A DNA stretch of 32,000 bases from Telmatocola sphagniphila. GTDB lineage: Bacteria > Planctomycetota > Planctomycetia > Gemmatales > Gemmataceae. The DNA is taken from contig NZ_CP074694.1 in assembly GCF_018398935.1 (NCBI RefSeq), forward strand, positions 1,620,001 to 1,652,000, in the 5' to 3' direction. Positions 26,983 through 32,000 of this stretch are shown one piece after another (within the stretch, counting starts at the first letter, position 1; each line of letters starts with the position of its first letter). Both the position numbers and the translations under genes were made by a program. The notes beneath the pieces were generated by a model. That model worked only from the letters and a program-made list of their open reading frames with translations. It was not told where the DNA came from and did no database searches.

Positions 26983-27852
26983 ATGAATTCGAAGGAATGC
27001 AATATGCTCGATCAACCCAAGCTAAAGTCGGAAATCCTGGAAGAACGATGCGTACCGACCACCAATGTCCTCACGTCTTCCTACACAACTTCAAGTGCCA
27101 ATGTCTCGAGCGACACATCGACGACAATCACTGTGCCGCAATACACGCTCGCCCTAGCCCCTTCGGGTGTGCCGACCACATTCGCGGGCTTATTCGCTCC
27201 CCAGCCCAGCTCCGATGGATATCAGGCATTTCTGAAAGGTCTCTACAACGGGGTGCTTTTTCGCGCTCCCGATACCGCCGGTTACAATTCCTGGTTAACG
27301 CAACTCGAAAATGGAAGCGTTTCCCGGTATTACGTCACGCAAGCATTCATCAATTCCACTGAAAATCGCACGAATCAGGTCCAAGGGTGGTTCGAGCAAT
27401 ATTTGGATCGGAATGCGGACCCGACGGGCCTGGCGTTTTATGTGAATCAATTACAGACCGGCTTTAGCGAATCGCAAGTGCTCAGTGAGATCATTCTCTC
27501 CAGTGAATTCACATCGGCTAACGATACGAATGCTTTTGTCAACACTCTTTATCAAACGATCCTGGGGCGCGCCGCGGACGCGGCCGGTCTGGCGTACTGG
27601 ACTTCCGCTCTAAACAATGGAACCGTAAGCCGGGCGACTGTACTCAACGACTTCATAACCTCACCCGAAGGATTGCAGGCGGTCATTAATTCGGAGTACT
27701 CGAGCTATTTGGAGCGAACTCCCAAGTTCTGGGAAACCAATCAGGCGGCATGGGCTTTGGCGAATGGTTATTACACCTATGGCCAATTCCAAGCTTCCAT
27801 TCTCACCTCGCGAGAATTCTTTAGTGATGCCATTGCGAATGAGCAGGCGTGA
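26983..27852 (+). CDS. DUF4214 repeat protein with an N-terminal LEERCVPTT motif
   Basis: 289-aa ORF with three clear DUF4214-type units and one degenerate unit: LYNGVLFRAPDTAGYNSWLTQLENG, FEQYLDRNADPTGLAFYVNQLQTG, LYQTILGRAADAAGLAYWTSALNNG, and a weaker C-terminal copy. It has no hydrophobic signal peptide. An alternative start is the ATG at 27003. Confidence 0.8.
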   Translation: MNSKECNMLDQPKLKSEILEERCVPTTNVLTSSYTTSSANVSSDTSTTITVPQYTLALAPSGVPTTFAGLFAPQPSSDGYQAFLKGLYNGVLFRAPDTAGYNSWLTQLENGSVSRYYVTQAFINSTENRTNQVQGWFEQYLDRNADPTGLAFYVNQLQTGFSESQVLSEIILSSEFTSANDTNAFVNTLYQTILGRAADAAGLAYWTSALNNGTVSRATVLNDFITSPEGLQAVINSEYSSYLERTPKFWETNQAAWALANGYYTYGQFQASILTSREFFSDAIANEQA

Positions 27853-27991
27853 TCTGAGGAGTCCAATGAACCGTAGATTGCCGGCAGCAAAAATTATTAG
27901 CAACTTCGAAAGGGGTTGAGGAACTATCTGTATTCCAAAAAGAATGAAATTTGCATAAAATGTAAGTGCTTATAGCACAGGAGTATATGTA

Positions 27992-29428
27992 GTGATTTCA
28001 ACGGAATCTAAAGTTATTCGAAAATCTCACACCGTTCGATCGAGGAATTCAAAGCGTTTGATTTGGTTCAGCGGAGTGGTTATCGTTCTGGCTGTAGCCA
28101 TCACTTCAGCTCTTTTCTATCGAGATATTTCGAAATCCGATACTTCCCAGGATCTTCAGCCCTCTCTTTCGTCCAGTCGAAAAACTACTGCGGTCAACGT
28201 CGAAATCATTAAGCCTCGTCTGGGTGGCATTCAACGTGTCTGCGTCCAACCCGGGACGCTCGAACCGTTCGAATCGGCCGATCTTTATGCCAAGGTTTCT
28301 GGCTTTCTGGCCGAACAATCCGTGGATATTGGTTCGCAGGTGAAAAAAGGCCAACTTCTCGCTCGAATTTCTGTACCGGAATTTGAAACTCAACTGCAAC
28401 GCTGCAAAGCCGATGTCACCCATGCGGTGGCCCGCATCCAACAATCGGAAGCTCATTTGACGGCCGTCAAAGCCGAAGCCCGGGCGGCCAAGGCAATGAT
28501 CCTTCTGGCCGAAGCCCAGTTGAAAAGCAAATCGGCCTATCGAAAGTTTCGAGAAAAACAGCTGAGTCGCTACCGCGAATTGATGAATCAGCAGGCCATT
28601 GATGCCAAAGTTGTCGATGAGGAGGAAGATCATTATGAATCCGCGGTGAGCGCGGAAATCGCCGCCAAGGAAACGGTGAACTCTTCCAAACTCCAGGCCG
28701 AGGCTGCCGAAGCTCGTATCGCTCAGACCCAGGCCGATTTGGAGGAATCGAAAGCTACCAAGTTGATCGCCGAGGCCGATGTGGCCAAGGCGCAGGTGAT
28801 GCTCGATTACACCCGGATCACCTCCCCGTATGATGGCGTTATCACCCGGCGACTCTTTTATCCCGGAGCATTCATCCGCTCCGCGGAATCGAGTTCTGAA
28901 AAAATCCCCATCGTATCCGTGGAGAGAACCGATCTGTTCAGAACTATCATCCAGGTTCCCGATCGCGACGTTCCTTATGTTTCTCCCGGGAATGAAGCCC
29001 GAATCGAAATCGATGCGCTGCCTGGTCGCGTGATTACTGGCAAAATTGCTCGACTGGCCGATTCGGAAGATACAGCCACGCGAACGATGCGCGTCGAGGT
29101 GGATATCCCTAATCCCGATGGTAAATTGCGACGGGGCATGTATGGTCGGACGACGCTTATCCTGAATCAGGGGGTTCACAAATCGTTGACGATTCCTTCT
29201 GCCGCTCTCTTGGGAAAGGCCGAGAACGGGAAAGCGAAAGTTCGCACCGTTAAGGAGGGCCGAATTCACCTGACTGACATTAAAATCGGTGTCGACAATG
29301 GCGTGGATGTTGAGGTTCTGAGTGGGTTGAGTATTGAAGACGCCGTCGTTATTAAATCTAATGGCACCTTGGAAGAAGGCACGACCGTCACCGCTTCGAA
29401 TGTCGAGTCGAAAAAGGACTCGCACTAG
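27992..29428 (+). CDS. RND efflux periplasmic adaptor (membrane fusion protein, HlyD family), membrane-anchored
   Basis: 478-aa ORF starting at GTG, with AGGAG 8 nt upstream. It has an N-terminal TM anchor (LIWFSGVVIVLAVAITSALFY), a lipoyl-like half motif (LARISVPEFE ... ITSPYDGVITRR) and a long Ala/Glu-rich coiled-coil hairpin, followed by beta-barrel/MP sequence. Confidence 0.9.
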   Translation: MISTESKVIRKSHTVRSRNSKRLIWFSGVVIVLAVAITSALFYRDISKSDTSQDLQPSLSSSRKTTAVNVEIIKPRLGGIQRVCVQPGTLEPFESADLYAKVSGFLAEQSVDIGSQVKKGQLLARISVPEFETQLQRCKADVTHAVARIQQSEAHLTAVKAEARAAKAMILLAEAQLKSKSAYRKFREKQLSRYRELMNQQAIDAKVVDEEEDHYESAVSAEIAAKETVNSSKLQAEAAEARIAQTQADLEESKATKLIAEADVAKAQVMLDYTRITSPYDGVITRRLFYPGAFIRSAESSSEKIPIVSVERTDLFRTIIQVPDRDVPYVSPGNEARIEIDALPGRVITGKIARLADSEDTATRTMRVEVDIPNPDGKLRRGMYGRTTLILNQGVHKSLTIPSAALLGKAENGKAKVRTVKEGRIHLTDIKIGVDNGVDVEVLSGLSIEDAVVIKSNGTLEEGTTVTASNVESKKDSH

Positions 29429-29490
29429 CCTACCTTTGCAATGAGATTTGCTCCGATCGTTTCGCAATCAACCGCTTTTCTGAGTAAAAC

Positions 29491-32000
29491 ATGAACGGAC
29501 TGATCCGGTTTGCACTGGGTAATACCCGAGCGATAACGGTATTGATGCTGGCGATCCTACTTCTCGGGGGACTGGCATTAGTATCCATTCCGGCCGATAT
29601 TCTTCCAGTGTACCGTTCTCCCGCCGTGCAGGTTCTGACCTTTTACAACGGCATGTCGGCCACCAATGTCGAAAAGGACATCACTTCCCGAATGGAACGG
29701 TGGACCGGTCAGGCCGCCGGGACCGCTCGACAGGAATCGCGCTCGATTATCGGCGCCAGCATCGTTCGAAATTATTACGAAGACACTGTGGATTTGAGTG
29801 GCGCTCTGACGCAGGTCAACTCGCTGTCCACCGCAGCGATGCCCAGTTTGCCGCCCGGTACATTACCACCGGTCATCATGCCTTATGACCCGACCTCTTC
29901 CACTCCCGCCTGCCTAGTTGCCCTAAACAGCAAAACACAGGACGAAGCCACTCTCTACGATACGGGTCGCTACCAGGCTCGAATGATGATCATGGCTTTG
30001 CCCGGTTCGAATGCGCCCGTAGTCTACGGTGGACGATTGCGAACCGTTCTGGCTTATCTGGATCGACAGAAATTGCAGGCCCGCAATCTCTCGCCGATCG
30101 ACGTCATGAACGCTCTCGATCGTTACAACATCTTCATTCCGGCAGGCGATGCGAAACTCGGAACTCTCGATTATGCCCTCGATTCCAATTCCATGTATGA
30201 GATCGTCGAAAGGATGGGCGATATTCCCATCAAAAACGATGGTGATAAACCGGTTTTCCTGCGCGATGTGGCTCTCCCCAAAGATGCCAGTCTGGTGCAG
30301 ACGAATATCGTTCGCGTCGATGGTCGCCGGCAGGTTTACATTCCGGTCTATCGCCAGCAGGGCGCGAGTACCTTGAGTGTCGTCAGTCACCTGCGCGACA
30401 ACATGCAGGACATGAAGGACCGACTGACAACGCCGGATGTGGATCTCAAATTGGTGATGGATCAATCGATTTACGTGAGCAAGGCCATCGAAAGTCTGGC
30501 GGAAGAAGGGATACTTGGGGCAATTCTCTGTTCACTGGTGATCCTTTTATTTCTCGGGGAATGGAAGATGACCGCCATCGCAGTCATGACCATTCCTGTC
30601 GCGGTTCTGGGGGCGATTGCCTGCCTGCATGGTATGGATCAGACGATCAACGTCATGACTCTGGCCGGGCTGGCGCTAGCCATTGGTCCGCTGGTGGATA
30701 GCGCAATCATTTGCCTGGAGAATACTCACCGACATCTGGGGCTGGGCGCAACACCTAAAGCAGCCGCTTTTCTCGGTGCTAGTGAAGTGGCGATGCCCGA
30801 ACTCGTCGCCAGTCTCTGCACCCTCCTGGTATTAGCGCCGTTGGCGATGATGCCGGGGATCGGCAAATTCCTTTTCCGACCGATGTTTCTTTCAGTCACC
30901 TTCGCCATGGTCATCGCCTATATCCTCTCCCGAACCTTCGTCCCCGCCCGTTGTTTCAAATGGTTAAAAGGTCACGGGTCCAAGCCGATCGAATCGAATA
31001 CTCTCGATCTTCCGCCCAGTAATTCGCGGGAGAATCCCCAATCCCCCGGGCTCATCGGGCGGCTCTTTGAAAAGTGGGAATCCGTCATCGATATAGGCAT
31101 ACGCGGCTACAGCCGTGTGCTGCAGTTGGCAATGAAAGCTCGCTTGGTCGTCGTGTTGTCCGCTTATGCACTTCTGGCCGCTACCATCCTCCTGTTAGGT
31201 CCGAAACTTCGCCGGGAATTTTTCCCCGAAGTCGACGCGGGTGTATTCGAAATCTACGTTCGATTACAATCCGGTACCCGCATCGAGATTACGGAAAAAA
31301 AGGTCGAAATAATCGAAAATTTTGTCAAGGAGACCCTCGGTGCCGATCGGGAAATGGTGATCAGCGAGATTGGTCTGACGGCCGACTGGTCCGCCGCATT
31401 CACACCGAACAGTGGTCCGATGGATGCCGTGGTAAAAGTCCAGTTGAAGCCCGAGCGGTCGCACTCGGCCCAGGAGTACGTGCACCTATTACGACAGGGT
31501 TTTAGTAAGGATGCTCGCTTCAATGAGATCGAGTTTGCTTTCGATGCGGGGGGAATGATCCGGTCAGCCATGAACGAAGGGAAATCGACACCGATCAACA
31601 TTCGAATCACGGGCAAAAGCCTTCGAAAATCGCGGGCCATCGCGGAAAAAATTCAGGGTGAAGTTCAACAGGTTGACGGCGTCGTCGACGCTCGCATCAT
31701 CCAGCGACTCGACTATCCCCAATACACTCTCGAAGTGGATCGGGCGAAGGCAAGCGATCTCGGGCTGGATCAGGTCGATGTGATGCGAAATGTCGTGGCT
31801 TCGTTGAACTCGAGCGTTCAGTTCAACAAACGCAATTTCTGGATCGATCCACTCAGTCACAACCAGTATTTCGTGGGGGTGCAATACGCTGAAGAAGATA
31901 TCGATTCTCTGGAAACGCTGCTCGATATTCCCATCACCAGTCCGACCCAGAAGCGTTCGATTCCCTTGCGAAATATTGCCACTCTCCGAAGGACGACCGT
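29491..32000 (+). CDS. RND efflux transporter permease (AcrB superfamily). It is partial and continues beyond the right edge.
   Basis: Absent from the ORF track because it is edge-truncated. Hand translation from the ATG at 29491 gives MNGLIRFALGNTRAITVLMLAILLLGGLALVSIPADILPVY... with no stop through nt 32000 (836 codons). It shows the typical RND N-terminus, first periplasmic loop, TM2-6 and second periplasmic loop. TM4 reads LAIGPLVDSAIICLEN (Asp-Ser at nt 30697..30702). Confidence 0.95.
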   Translation, partial: MNGLIRFALGNTRAITVLMLAILLLGGLALVSIPADILPVYRSPAVQVLTFYNGMSATNVEKDITSRMERWTGQAAGTARQESRSIIGASIVRNYYEDTVDLSGALTQVNSLSTAAMPSLPPGTLPPVIMPYDPTSSTPACLVALNSKTQDEATLYDTGRYQARMMIMALPGSNAPVVYGGRLRTVLAYLDRQKLQARNLSPIDVMNALDRYNIFIPAGDAKLGTLDYALDSNSMYEIVERMGDIPIKNDGDKPVFLRDVALPKDASLVQTNIVRVDGRRQVYIPVYRQQGASTLSVVSHLRDNMQDMKDRLTTPDVDLKLVMDQSIYVSKAIESLAEEGILGAILCSLVILLFLGEWKMTAIAVMTIPVAVLGAIACLHGMDQTINVMTLAGLALAIGPLVDSAIICLENTHRHLGLGATPKAAAFLGASEVAMPELVASLCTLLVLAPLAMMPGIGKFLFRPMFLSVTFAMVIAYILSRTFVPARCFKWLKGHGSKPIESNTLDLPPSNSRENPQSPGLIGRLFEKWESVIDIGIRGYSRVLQLAMKARLVVVLSAYALLAATILLLGPKLRREFFPEVDAGVFEIYVRLQSGTRIEITEKKVEIIENFVKETLGADREMVISEIGLTADWSAAFTPNSGPMDAVVKVQLKPERSHSAQEYVHLLRQGFSKDARFNEIEFAFDAGGMIRSAMNEGKSTPINIRITGKSLRKSRAIAEKIQGEVQQVDGVVDARIIQRLDYPQYTLEVDRAKASDLGLDQVDVMRNVVASLNSSVQFNKRNFWIDPLSHNQYFVGVQYAEEDIDSLETLLDIPITSPTQKRSIPLRNIATLRRTT

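Noticed and set aside
27853-27991. Possible sigma-70-like promoter (TTGCAT ... TATAGC) and a TGCCGGCA palindrome between the DUF4214 gene and the second MFP gene
   Set aside because: The hexamer spacing is only about 14 nt. The palindrome has no loop and is followed by an A-run rather than a U-run. That is too weak to call a promoter or a terminator.
28106-29467. 453-aa ORF on the minus strand, antisense to the second MFP gene
   Set aside because: The plus-strand product has clear MFP architecture, including an RBS-preceded start. The antisense product is Arg/Gly/Phe-rich with no recognisable motifs. It is a typical shadow ORF opposite a real gene.
1-32000. Search for mobile elements, CRISPR arrays, defence systems, rRNA or a biosynthetic gene cluster
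   Set aside because: No transposase, integrase, Cas, restriction, toxin-antitoxin, PKS or NRPS motifs were recognised in any frame. I saw no regularly spaced repeats by eye. Composition looks uniform across the window.

Overview
The window reads as ordinary chromosomal DNA, most consistent with a Planctomycetota genome. The evidence is a Tat-signal DUF1501 gene paired with a CxxCH PSCyt/DUF1549-like gene, a PVC-type membrane-bound dehydrogenase-like protein, a DUF4214 protein with an N-terminal LEER-x-x-P-T motif, and moderate GC judged by eye (not computed). I support 18 protein-coding genes, nearly all encoding exported or membrane proteins. Two of them run off the window edges and are missing from the supplied ORF track: 1..1782 on the minus strand and 29491..32000 on the plus strand. 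I found both by hand translation.

Main modules:
- A minus-strand PSCyt-like/DUF1501/GH16 operon (8779 to 3342), with an ATGA overlap between the last two genes.
- A rhomboid protease with extra N- and C-terminal regions.
- An RND efflux locus: MFP, a 1165-aa RND permease and a translationally coupled periplasmic YVTN-like beta-propeller on the minus strand, with a convergent TolC-like gene.
- An S9 peptidase, a CoA-transferase and a beta-helix/PDZ-like/discoidin-like secreted protein in a co-directional run.
- A class-C-type serine hydrolase.
- A DUF4214 repeat protein.
- A second MFP-RND pair that continues past the right edge.

I saw no rRNA, convincing tRNA, CRISPR array, transposase, integrase or phage gene. 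The best candidates for something undescribed are the propeller-containing RND locus and the GH16-linked DUF1501/PSCyt operon. Both calls rest on motif recognition and gene arrangement only. No database search was possible.
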